Source: a virus. From it: DNA of 64,000 bases. A program made the translations under genes and the position numbers. Of this stretch, positions 9,217 through 18,013 are shown piece after piece (within the stretch, counting starts at the first letter, position 1; each line of letters begins with the position of its first letter). Where the stretch lies: IMG/VR virus record IMGVR_UViG_3300044675_002751, positions 24,090-88,089 of that record; one strand, written 5' to 3'. The notes beneath the pieces were generated by a model, which was not told the DNA's origin, did not search any database, and saw nothing but the letters and a program-made list of their open reading frames with translations.

Positions 9217-9739
9217 CAAGACTATTCTACAAGAGATAGCAGCAGGTAATATTGTAATTGATCCACTCAATCTTGCACATGTAAACCCAAACAGTGTAGA
9301 CTTAACGTTGGCTCCAGAGTTTAAACGTTATGCTCCTGGTGTACTAGATCCTCGTAAACCCTCAGAAATTTATTCATTTAAGATACCTGAAGAAGGTATG
9401 GTCATTGCACCTGGTGATGTATATCTCTATGCATGTAACGAACGCATTGGTGTAAAGAATAACATCCGTGCTAAGGTAGAAGGTAAATCATCATTAGGAA
9501 GACTAGGACTGTTTATTCACGTTACGGCGGGTTTTATAGACACTGGTTTTGAAGGAAGCCTGGTCCTGGAACTAGTAGCTACACGTGCTATCAAGCTTTA
9601 TCCTAATATGAAAATCTGCCAGGTAGAGTTTGCCCGGGTAGAAGGAGAAATACTAGAAACCTATGACAAGAAATCAGGAAGTAAATATCACGGACAGACC
9701 GGTGTTCAAGAATCAAAGTATCATGAAAACTTCAAGTGA
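9203..9739 (+). CDS. dcd: dCTP deaminase (start reassigned to ATG 9203)
   Basis: MILSD start, NPNSVDLTL, GKSSLGRLG, TAGFIDTGFEG, KICQV, KYHGQ. Confidence 0.92.
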   Translation: MILSDKTILQEIAAGNIVIDPLNLAHVNPNSVDLTLAPEFKRYAPGVLDPRKPSEIYSFKIPEEGMVIAPGDVYLYACNERIGVKNNIRAKVEGKSSLGRLGLFIHVTAGFIDTGFEGSLVLELVATRAIKLYPNMKICQVEFARVEGEILETYDKKSGSKYHGQTGVQESKYHENFK

Positions 9740-10304
9740 TTACTACGAAGAAGATGGTAAAATAGTTCTGACAGCAGACTTCCACATCAAACGTGGAAGC
9801 TGCTGCGGAAAGGTGTGCCGTCATTGTCCATATACTAAACCTCACACTAAAGGAAACAAAACCCTTGAAAAAATGAAAAGAGCTCTGTATTTAGATGACG
9901 TTCGTACACCTACCACTACGATCAACGGTTACGAACCGTGGTATGTTGTAAGAAACTACGAAGAGTTTGTAGGATGGATTACAGAGAACGGTATACCGGA
10001 TCTAATATCCTTTGACCATGACCTAGCTGAAGAACATGTAGAAGACTACTTCAGTCAGTTAGCTCTTAATGGATTCCAGTATCCAACATATGAAAAATAT
10101 GTAGAGAAGACTGGGCTTGACTGTGCCCGCTGGCTGGCAGAATATGTCCAGAATAACAATGCAGTGCTAAAGTCTGTATGTGTACACTCACACAATCCTG
10201 TGGGTGCAACTAACATACAGAGCTTTATCAACGGCCTGAAAAAACATATGGGATGGGAGCAAGATTGCTACCTAGGTCGTCATCCCTTTACAACCGAAAA
10301 ATAA
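9723..10304 (+). CDS. DUF5522-like Cys-rich domain fused to a cyclic-phosphate-processing receiver-like domain
   Basis: HIKRGSCCGKVCRHCPY, then LYLDDVRTP, ISFDHDL, TGLDCARWL, VHSHNPVG. In-frame ATG at 9873 could be a second start. Confidence 0.7.
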   Translation: MKTSSDYYEEDGKIVLTADFHIKRGSCCGKVCRHCPYTKPHTKGNKTLEKMKRALYLDDVRTPTTTINGYEPWYVVRNYEEFVGWITENGIPDLISFDHDLAEEHVEDYFSQLALNGFQYPTYEKYVEKTGLDCARWLAEYVQNNNAVLKSVCVHSHNPVGATNIQSFINGLKKHMGWEQDCYLGRHPFTTEK

Positions 10305-10309
10305 AATAA

Positions 10310-10480
10310 ATGTTTGAAGTAAAAGTGATACTGATCAGTTCCTCAGAAATGTTATTTGGAACAATGCTCGACACAGGAGAAATGGAAGTAGAAGAAAGTA
10401 TGTGGGTAAAGTTTACCAGGTTCCGTTTAGGACTGATATTCTTTACCCTTGACTTTACTTACTTTACTCCTAAGTTTTAA
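10310..10480 (+). CDS. Small hypothetical protein (56 aa), last gene of the + operon
   Basis: Translated manually; its stop is separated by 1 nt from the convergent stop at 10482. Confidence 0.55.
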   Translation: MFEVKVILISSSEMLFGTMLDTGEMEVEESMWVKFTRFRLGLIFFTLDFTYFTPKF

Positions 10481-10481
10481 G

Positions 10482-13400
10482 TTACTTACGTCCAAACTCC
10501 ATCTTTCTTAAGGCAGTTACCGGGTCTACCTGAGATCCGGTAACTCCAAAGATGTCAGCTACGTCATTTAACAGTTTTGGCTGTCCCTCTTTTTGGAACC
10601 AGTAAGGACCAGCATCTCTTTTATAATAACCAGCTGGGTTATCACTTAGAAACTGACTTGTGTGATCCAAGAATTCCAAAGGTTTCTTAATCGTAGTACC
10701 ATACAGTGTTCTAGGATCTAATATAGCACCTGATGTACTTTTGAGTACCTTCCAGTTTCTTCCTAATGTTGTTGGACCCCATGAGCCAAATGATTCTACT
10801 TCAGAAAGAGTACCCAGTGTAGCAACTAACCCATGGTTAAACAACCAACCACCGAAGTTAAAGTCATCTTGATTTAAAGCACCACTTCGTTTTCTCATCT
10901 TTTCAAACCTGTCTTCATCACCTTCTTCGTATCCAAAGACAGATGAAAGTATTATTAAAATAGCCATCTGATGAGTTATGTCTGATGCAAACTTCAGCAT
11001 GTTTCTCTTTTGTTCATCTGTTGTCCACTGCATGCTAGATGTACCATATTTCATGATATCTCTTGCCACCTGTATTACGGAGGTATAATAACCTGTACTA
11101 ACCCCGCCAAGTGCTGCACTAGGACGTGTGACCGCAACTCTGTTCATCAGCATTGATGTAAAGTAACGTTTTAAGAACATGGCTATAGACATGAGAGCAT
11201 AACGCTGTGCTTCAGGCTGGTCCATACGTGCGTATGTACCATTAAGTCTATTACCTAACTCGTGTATCCTGTTCTTAACTTCATTGAACTTTTTACCACC
11301 TGGTGCATACTCTTTGTCTATACCAGACTTAAGTTCTATCTGACCATTTACAACTTCAAATGCATCTATATAGTCTATCTCTTTAGGTTTACCATCAACT
11401 ATCTGCTCTACCTTTACATGATGCATTACACCGCTAAAGAGTTCAACAACAGTTTCTATTTCTAACCACTTTCTTGGAGACATCATAAAACTCAGACTGG
11501 CTGCATCTGATGCCAAAGAACGACCAAACTGTCCACCCATATCAGTTGCAGAACCATCACCTAATGTTGTATTAAGTACCTCTTGTGTAGGATCAAAAAT
11601 CTGCAACAGCTGCGTATCCAAAGAACGGTTGCCTGTCTTGTATAGTTGTGAAGAATATATTGAGAGCATCTTGAAAGCACGAAACTTACCACGCCGATAG
11701 CTGTTCCAGTTTATATATCTACCACTGCTGGCTTCATTCTGCAGCTGAACAATAGCACTTTGTCTGTTTTTGATAGCTGAAGGTAAGATGTTCATTGAAA
11801 ACATTCCAAAGCTAGCTAACTTAAGTAAGGCATTTATACTCTTCAAAGCAATAGGTGTATCACTTAACCAGCCTGTTTTAGTCTTACCTTCAAACTCTCT
11901 TTCATATAAGTTACCAATTGCCTTAGCCCTAACACTAGCTCCTTTTTTAGAAAGATAAGATTTGACACCAGTCTTCTGATACTGCCATTTATTAATCTTA
12001 CCCATTTCCTTAATAGCATTGTCTGGGCTGCCTACTGCTTTTTTCAAAGCTTGAGCAAAAGGATTAAGCTCAATAAGTTTTTTCTGCTTTAGACCAGAGT
12101 GCATATATCTAAGCATGCTGTCTGCTATATTCATAGACACCTGCCCTGGATCCAGAGCATAGAGACCAGTGATAGGTACCTTGTTGATTTCTTCATCAAA
12201 CATGTCTGCATAAATCAGCTGCTCAGGCTTAAAGTTTAATCCATCCTGAACATCATCTGGAGCTTTAGCAAAATACTGTTTTACACGTGTAGCCCATTCA
12301 TAAAACTTATTACCGGTCTTACTAGCCTGCAATGATTCCAAAGCAGGTTTACGGTAACGTGGTATTTGCATATACAATTTACTTTCACGAGCTAATCCTT
12401 CCTGGAACTTAAGATGATATTCTTTCATCTTTTCCAGTACAGCAAATGCTGCTGGATCTTCACGGCGTAGTTTTTCATAATCAGGATTGTAATACCTGTC
12501 ATCTACAGCTCCTTCTTCTAAAGACTTAGGTAGCCAGTTACCACGGTTATCTATAGTCTTACCCACTTCACGCTTTGTACGGAATTCTTTCTTTACACCA
12601 CGGTAGAAATAAGAAAGGTTTGGTTTACCCATAATCACTTCACCGCTGGATAATGTGATCTTTTCGTAATGATCAGGGTTGTTAGGACGTGTACGGTTCC
12701 ATATAAAAAGACGCTCATATACAATCTTGGTGTCATTAATACTTTTATCAAACACCTCTTTAGCTATATGATTATCTTTAAACCATTGCTCAAACTCAGG
12801 AGACTCTTTGAACAGCTCAACATAAGATGCAGGATCTAATAATGTAGAGGCAGAGTCGTTATCTACAGGAGCTCTGCCCATCTTACCTAAGTAGTTATTT
12901 ATAATATCTACATAGTAATCCGTAGCTTCCTTACTCTGAAGATCACCTAGCTTAGAATAAAGAGCTTGCATTTCAGTTTTAGTAAACTTATCTACGCCAA
13001 GGCTATTCTTACGTTCAATAAGCTCATCCATTCTTCCACGCTCCTCTTGAGAAAGCTTTTCACGAGCTACAATCTTTTGGAAGTAACCAGAAAGTTCATC
13101 CATTTCTTCTCTGGTAAGACCAGAGAAACCTGCCATAGAGTTACGTTTAGCAAGAGCTGCCTCTTGTAACTGACGTACTTTCTTTTTACTATTCTCAGAT
13201 ATATCTGTACCAATCACCTGACCGTCCTGGTCACGAAACCCGGTTGCTATATCAAGCATACCTTCCATTTCTTCTGAAGAGTCAACAGCTTTACGTATTT
13301 CAGGACTGAGACCGGCCATTAATTCGTTAAGATCTGCTAACACTTTATTACGTTCTTCAAAAAACTCTGGAGTGTAAGCTATAACTGTATTGTTCTTAAT

Positions 13401-16400
13401 CCACTTATCACGTTTTTCCTTATACTCATCTGACTTCTCATCTACACCATTGTCTACAAGACTCTGCTCAAAACGCTTTAAGTTAGATTCAAATAAACCC
13501 TGTATAGGAACCCATTCAAAAAAGTCTCTTGATGCTTTACGATACTCTTTTTCAATCTTAGCCAGCTCCAGATCACGACCTGTTTTTGGATTACCATTAA
13601 GATCAGTGAGAGAAGCAAGCTGAGAATACTCTCTCCAAAGAATCTTTTTCTCTTCTGCAATAAAGTCAAGTGCATCATCATCATAGTTCATAGCATCCAG
13701 TTCTTGAATCTGGTTAAGCAAGATCTGCTTACGCCTGTATGCCTCACGACCCATCTCAGAATCATAGATCTTCTCACGCTCATAGTACTCAGGTACATAC
13801 TCCTGGTGGAAATAATCTCTACGTAACTTACGCATTTCTTTGAGCTTCTGATCAGCCAAAGTCTGGTCACCATCAGCTACTGCCTGGTCATAATCATATT
13901 TAAGTTGGGCAGAGTCAGCAGTGAAGTTATTAAACTTATCTTTAAAAGACCACACCTCTTTAGTAGCAAAATTACCTTTCTCATCTATGTAAGGAACTTT
14001 TTCTAGGCTAACTATTTTACCCATCAGCTCAGAATAGTTTCTACGACTATAACCAGCTGCGTTCAATAATGGGTCAAGATCACGTACAAAATCATTTATA
14101 TTACGTTGGGCTTTGGCATCTACGTCATTATATGCATTCTTAATAAACATAGCAAAACCTCCCACAATAGGATCTGGTGAGTTTGTATATGCTTCTAAAA
14201 ATGCAGAGTAACTATTAGTGTCACCAAGTTTACCTGTCAGCATATCTTTAAGTTTTTCCTTATCAATACGCATCTTTTCATACTTTGCCTTCACTTCATC
14301 TATCTTAGCTTTAGGAGCATTCTTGGCTACAAGAGCATCTATTTCTGCAGTGTACATCCTATCAATCTCTTTAGCCAATGGTTCTAAAGCCTCGTATATA
14401 ACATCGTTTACATTATCACTATAGATCTTGTTAATGATCCTTTCTGTCTGAGCAACTGTATTTTGAACACCAGATACCACTCTTCCAAATTCTGTATTTG
14501 GATTAAGACCTGCATCAGCTAAACGGTCAACGGTTTCATTAATAAACTTATCCCAGTTACGTACAAGAAGATCATAGTAAAATATGTTCCCTATCACCTC
14601 TTTAGAATCACCTTGTTTAGCCAACTCACGGACGTGATTTAGAATACTGTCACTCAGTTTCTGCAAACGAAGCATAGAGTGTACAAAACTTTGGGTAGTC
14701 TTAGCCCTTATTGTAAGATCGTCAAAGATGTCAGCAAGTCTTTCATCTATCTCAGAGTTAGAAAGCGTAGACTTCAGTTCTTGTAACTGACCCCTACCGG
14801 TTTCATCTACCAAGAACTTACGGGCTTCGTTGTAGTTCTTGTTTTCACGTATACGTCTAATGTGATTAGACACTACATCATAAAAACGTTTTACAGAATT
14901 AGACACTCCGCTATATTCTACAGCATTAAGCTCATTCATAAAGTTACTGATATCACGGATATAATCTACCATGTCAGCTTCTGTAACAATATCAGTTGAG
15001 ATGTTGAATTTATTTCCTCTGAGCATCTCAGCCAGTTCTGCCAATGAAGTGTCAGTAGATAGCTTGTCTATATTTATAGAAGTACCAAATACCTTACGGA
15101 ACATTTGCTTTAGGGCAAATATCATCTTCTTAATAAATTCACTAAACCCAACACTATCTTTTACACCATTTATCTGATTCTGAGCTTTAGCCGTTAATCC
15201 TCTAACAATAACTTCCTCCCTGAACTTCTGATCTGTCTCATTAACCTCAGGATATAACGCCTGTACACCAGCAATAATACTTTGTCCTTCTGGAGTAGAA
15301 GCAAGTTGGTTGTAAAGATTATTAAACAGTGTAGGATTCTGAACTGCAACAGCAGCTATAAGTGGGTGAGAAAACTCATGTAGGACATTCTCTGTAGAAA
15401 AACCACCGTCTACAAAATACACCTGACCATTAAAAAAGAAAGCTTTTTCTCCTCTCCATGGATTAGATGCATTAGCAGTTATCTCGGCAGCTTGTGCTGC
15501 AGTAACCATAGTGTAAGGAACACCTAGGTTCTCAGCTATGGTATCAGCCATAGTGCGGACAATATTTTGTCCTACCTCTATCTTCTGAGCTTGTTCTGTA
15601 GGTAATGTTGGCTCACTAACAACAGGATTAGTTAACTGAGAAAGGATTACATCCCCTGTTCTATCTTCTTGTCTAAATCCTTCAGTATCTCTTTGATCTC
15701 CTTGATCTCTTCTTTGGACATCTTGTCCTGCTGATACATTGCCAACATTCCTTGAAACGTTCCCTTCACCGACTCTAGAGAGCTCGTTTCCTTCAAAGCT
15801 TTTTGATAGATTTCTTGTAGAGGACTTGTCATATTCATATTTTAGTTTTTTATATGTATCAAAATGTTTCTTGTATACAGAACGCATTAACCCCTCAAAG
15901 TAGGGATACTTGCCTGTGGCATATATGTTACCATATAATTTAGCAAGAGCTGTTGTAAAGCTAGCACCTTCACCCGACACTGTAGTGTGATTAATTTCGT
16001 GGATGATGATATGGGTCATAAGACCAGTAGCTGCTTCTGCACTTTCTATGTTAAAAGACAATGGGTTAATAAAAATAGCATCAATAACCTTACTAACATG
16101 CACACCGCCATAACTCTTATCTATAGAAACACCTGCAAAAAACTTACGGTCTGTACCTGAAAGTTTTTCATACTGGTAACCCAATTCTTTACCAGCAAAT
16201 CTTACCATATCATAGACTACAGAGCCAAAGTCACTAAAAAACTCAATAGCTCCTGGTACGGCCAGGTAATCAAAGTTAGTATTGTTATGATACTGAGGCT
16301 CATTTTCTTTAAAACCGCTGGTGTCTACAGTGTTTTTACCAAGTTCAATATCTTTATCAGCTTTAAAGCTAGAACCATATTTTTTCTCACGCTCTACTTC

Positions 16401-17996
16401 TACCTGATCACCTGTCTCTTCATCCTTTACGCTATTACCAGTAATAACAAGCCTAGTTTTCTTGCGTGGTAATACGTCTTTGTACTTCTCATTTAGTCTC
16501 TTACGTTCAGCAATAGCATCATCCACCTCTTTATAAATCTTCTCTCTTTCTTCAGGAGTAAGTATCTTGTTTGGATCAGTCTTAGGTAGAGCACGGATGT
16601 TCTTAAATACATCTGCTGCGTCTTTTTCTGCCTCACCGGCTGCATACTTTCGTAGATATGCATACAAGCTGTTAATGTCTTCGGTGACAGTGTTTTTAAA
16701 ATCTTCTCTTTGATTATTGAAAGGATACTGCTCAGCAGTAGATCCAACAGACGGTTTAATGTTTATTACTATATTGTAAGGAATAGGCTCATAGTCTCTA
16801 AATTCAATACGTTTACTAAACTGAAAGAGTCCAGAAGAAAGTACCTCATGTCTTGGACTTTCTGTCTTCTCTTCTCCTACATATACTTCTGCTTCACCCC
16901 ATGCAAACTTTACATTAGAGAGCAGTGGTGGTAGTACTTCTTTAGAAATGTTTGCACCAATAGGTAACACTTGATTTTTTGTACTATTTCTCTTAGTTAC
17001 ATTCACACTGACATTCAAATTACCAATAAGTGGACGAGTTAAAATGTCAAATCTGTCTACAGGATTAGATGCATACTCACCTGGGAAATCAATAGATCTG
17101 GTAGTTCCTTCAGGAGTAGTATAACTCTCAGGTATCTTAACCTTTACAAACGTACCATTAGGTTCAGATGTAGGTTCAGTACGGATCTGAAAGTCATCAT
17201 TATATAGTTCAAGATTAGTAGCTTTTATAGAAGTCTTTATACCGTCTCGAACGGTAGCTACTTCTACATACTCACTACCTAATAAAAATTGCACTTTAGC
17301 CAAACCAAAACCTCCAGAACGCTCACCTTCAGAAAGTCCTTCTTTATTAGTACCACCTATAGAAAGAAATGCACTCTTTACAATGTCAGGTGTCATACCA
17401 ATACCATCATCTTTTATAGATATAGTACGCTCATCATAGTTAACATCAAGAGTGATATTACCCGGAGCGGCTGTATTTACAACCTGGGTACTTGGTTTAA
17501 AGTTTTGAATTTTTTGCTCTAAATCCTGCCTTCTATTAAACAATTCATTGACTTTCCATGGATCACCTGTAAGTACCTCACCTTGATCATCAAATGTAAT
17601 CTTTTTACTTTCAGCAGACATGTCTACCATCACTTTATTAAACTCCCTGATAAGAGCTTGCTTTTGCTCCTGTGGATTACCAACTACAGTTTCTTTCTTA
17701 CTAAGATTCTGTACGGTCTTAATGGCATCAAATGAGTTTTGTAACAACTCCTTTACTGCAACTTGTGCCAAAGGTTTGTTATACATAGTAGGACCAAGCA
17801 GCATAAGTAACTGCTTCTTGTTTACACCAATCTGTCCTTGTTCTACAGAACCTTCTCTGTTATACATGACATATTCTTTGGCAGTAGGAATGCTCCCATT
17901 ACCAATGGTCATATAAGCACGGAAAGCTTCTTTCTCTCCGAGCTGTTCAACGAGACTAGTCCACTCTACTGAATTTTTGTTAGGGCAGGTTAACAT
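10482..17996 (-). CDS. Giant virion ejection/cargo protein with N-terminal GHKL (Hsp90-like) ATPase and two zincin-like HExxH motifs
   Basis: ELLQNSFDA, DDGIGM, GGFGLAK, NGT boxes; HEINH and HEFSH; C-terminal hydrophobic segments; position next to the virion RNAP as in crAss-like phages. Confidence 0.8.
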   Translation of the reverse strand: MLTCPNKNSVEWTSLVEQLGEKEAFRAYMTIGNGSIPTAKEYVMYNREGSVEQGQIGVNKKQLLMLLGPTMYNKPLAQVAVKELLQNSFDAIKTVQNLSKKETVVGNPQEQKQALIREFNKVMVDMSAESKKITFDDQGEVLTGDPWKVNELFNRRQDLEQKIQNFKPSTQVVNTAAPGNITLDVNYDERTISIKDDGIGMTPDIVKSAFLSIGGTNKEGLSEGERSGGFGLAKVQFLLGSEYVEVATVRDGIKTSIKATNLELYNDDFQIRTEPTSEPNGTFVKVKIPESYTTPEGTTRSIDFPGEYASNPVDRFDILTRPLIGNLNVSVNVTKRNSTKNQVLPIGANISKEVLPPLLSNVKFAWGEAEVYVGEEKTESPRHEVLSSGLFQFSKRIEFRDYEPIPYNIVINIKPSVGSTAEQYPFNNQREDFKNTVTEDINSLYAYLRKYAAGEAEKDAADVFKNIRALPKTDPNKILTPEEREKIYKEVDDAIAERKRLNEKYKDVLPRKKTRLVITGNSVKDEETGDQVEVEREKKYGSSFKADKDIELGKNTVDTSGFKENEPQYHNNTNFDYLAVPGAIEFFSDFGSVVYDMVRFAGKELGYQYEKLSGTDRKFFAGVSIDKSYGGVHVSKVIDAIFINPLSFNIESAEAATGLMTHIIIHEINHTTVSGEGASFTTALAKLYGNIYATGKYPYFEGLMRSVYKKHFDTYKKLKYEYDKSSTRNLSKSFEGNELSRVGEGNVSRNVGNVSAGQDVQRRDQGDQRDTEGFRQEDRTGDVILSQLTNPVVSEPTLPTEQAQKIEVGQNIVRTMADTIAENLGVPYTMVTAAQAAEITANASNPWRGEKAFFFNGQVYFVDGGFSTENVLHEFSHPLIAAVAVQNPTLFNNLYNQLASTPEGQSIIAGVQALYPEVNETDQKFREEVIVRGLTAKAQNQINGVKDSVGFSEFIKKMIFALKQMFRKVFGTSINIDKLSTDTSLAELAEMLRGNKFNISTDIVTEADMVDYIRDISNFMNELNAVEYSGVSNSVKRFYDVVSNHIRRIRENKNYNEARKFLVDETGRGQLQELKSTLSNSEIDERLADIFDDLTIRAKTTQSFVHSMLRLQKLSDSILNHVRELAKQGDSKEVIGNIFYYDLLVRNWDKFINETVDRLADAGLNPNTEFGRVVSGVQNTVAQTERIINKIYSDNVNDVIYEALEPLAKEIDRMYTAEIDALVAKNAPKAKIDEVKAKYEKMRIDKEKLKDMLTGKLGDTNSYSAFLEAYTNSPDPIVGGFAMFIKNAYNDVDAKAQRNINDFVRDLDPLLNAAGYSRRNYSELMGKIVSLEKVPYIDEKGNFATKEVWSFKDKFNNFTADSAQLKYDYDQAVADGDQTLADQKLKEMRKLRRDYFHQEYVPEYYEREKIYDSEMGREAYRRKQILLNQIQELDAMNYDDDALDFIAEEKKILWREYSQLASLTDLNGNPKTGRDLELAKIEKEYRKASRDFFEWVPIQGLFESNLKRFEQSLVDNGVDEKSDEYKEKRDKWIKNNTVIAYTPEFFEERNKVLADLNELMAGLSPEIRKAVDSSEEMEGMLDIATGFRDQDGQVIGTDISENSKKKVRQLQEAALAKRNSMAGFSGLTREEMDELSGYFQKIVAREKLSQEERGRMDELIERKNSLGVDKFTKTEMQALYSKLGDLQSKEATDYYVDIINNYLGKMGRAPVDNDSASTLLDPASYVELFKESPEFEQWFKDNHIAKEVFDKSINDTKIVYERLFIWNRTRPNNPDHYEKITLSSGEVIMGKPNLSYFYRGVKKEFRTKREVGKTIDNRGNWLPKSLEEGAVDDRYYNPDYEKLRREDPAAFAVLEKMKEYHLKFQEGLARESKLYMQIPRYRKPALESLQASKTGNKFYEWATRVKQYFAKAPDDVQDGLNFKPEQLIYADMFDEEINKVPITGLYALDPGQVSMNIADSMLRYMHSGLKQKKLIELNPFAQALKKAVGSPDNAIKEMGKINKWQYQKTGVKSYLSKKGASVRAKAIGNLYEREFEGKTKTGWLSDTPIALKSINALLKLASFGMFSMNILPSAIKNRQSAIVQLQNEASSGRYINWNSYRRGKFRAFKMLSIYSSQLYKTGNRSLDTQLLQIFDPTQEVLNTTLGDGSATDMGGQFGRSLASDAASLSFMMSPRKWLEIETVVELFSGVMHHVKVEQIVDGKPKEIDYIDAFEVVNGQIELKSGIDKEYAPGGKKFNEVKNRIHELGNRLNGTYARMDQPEAQRYALMSIAMFLKRYFTSMLMNRVAVTRPSAALGGVSTGYYTSVIQVARDIMKYGTSSMQWTTDEQKRNMLKFASDITHQMAILIILSSVFGYEEGDEDRFEKMRKRSGALNQDDFNFGGWLFNHGLVATLGTLSEVESFGSWGPTTLGRNWKVLKSTSGAILDPRTLYGTTIKKPLEFLDHTSQFLSDNPAGYYKRDAGPYWFQKEGQPKLLNDVADIFGVTGSQVDPVTALRKMEFGRK

Positions 17997-18013
17997 AGGG
18001 TATGTTCTTTATA

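Noticed and set aside
9149-9722. ORF-track starts at 9149 (dcd) and 9663
   Set aside because: They create long overlaps; ATG 9203 (MILSD) and ATG 9723 fit the family N-termini and operon spacing better.
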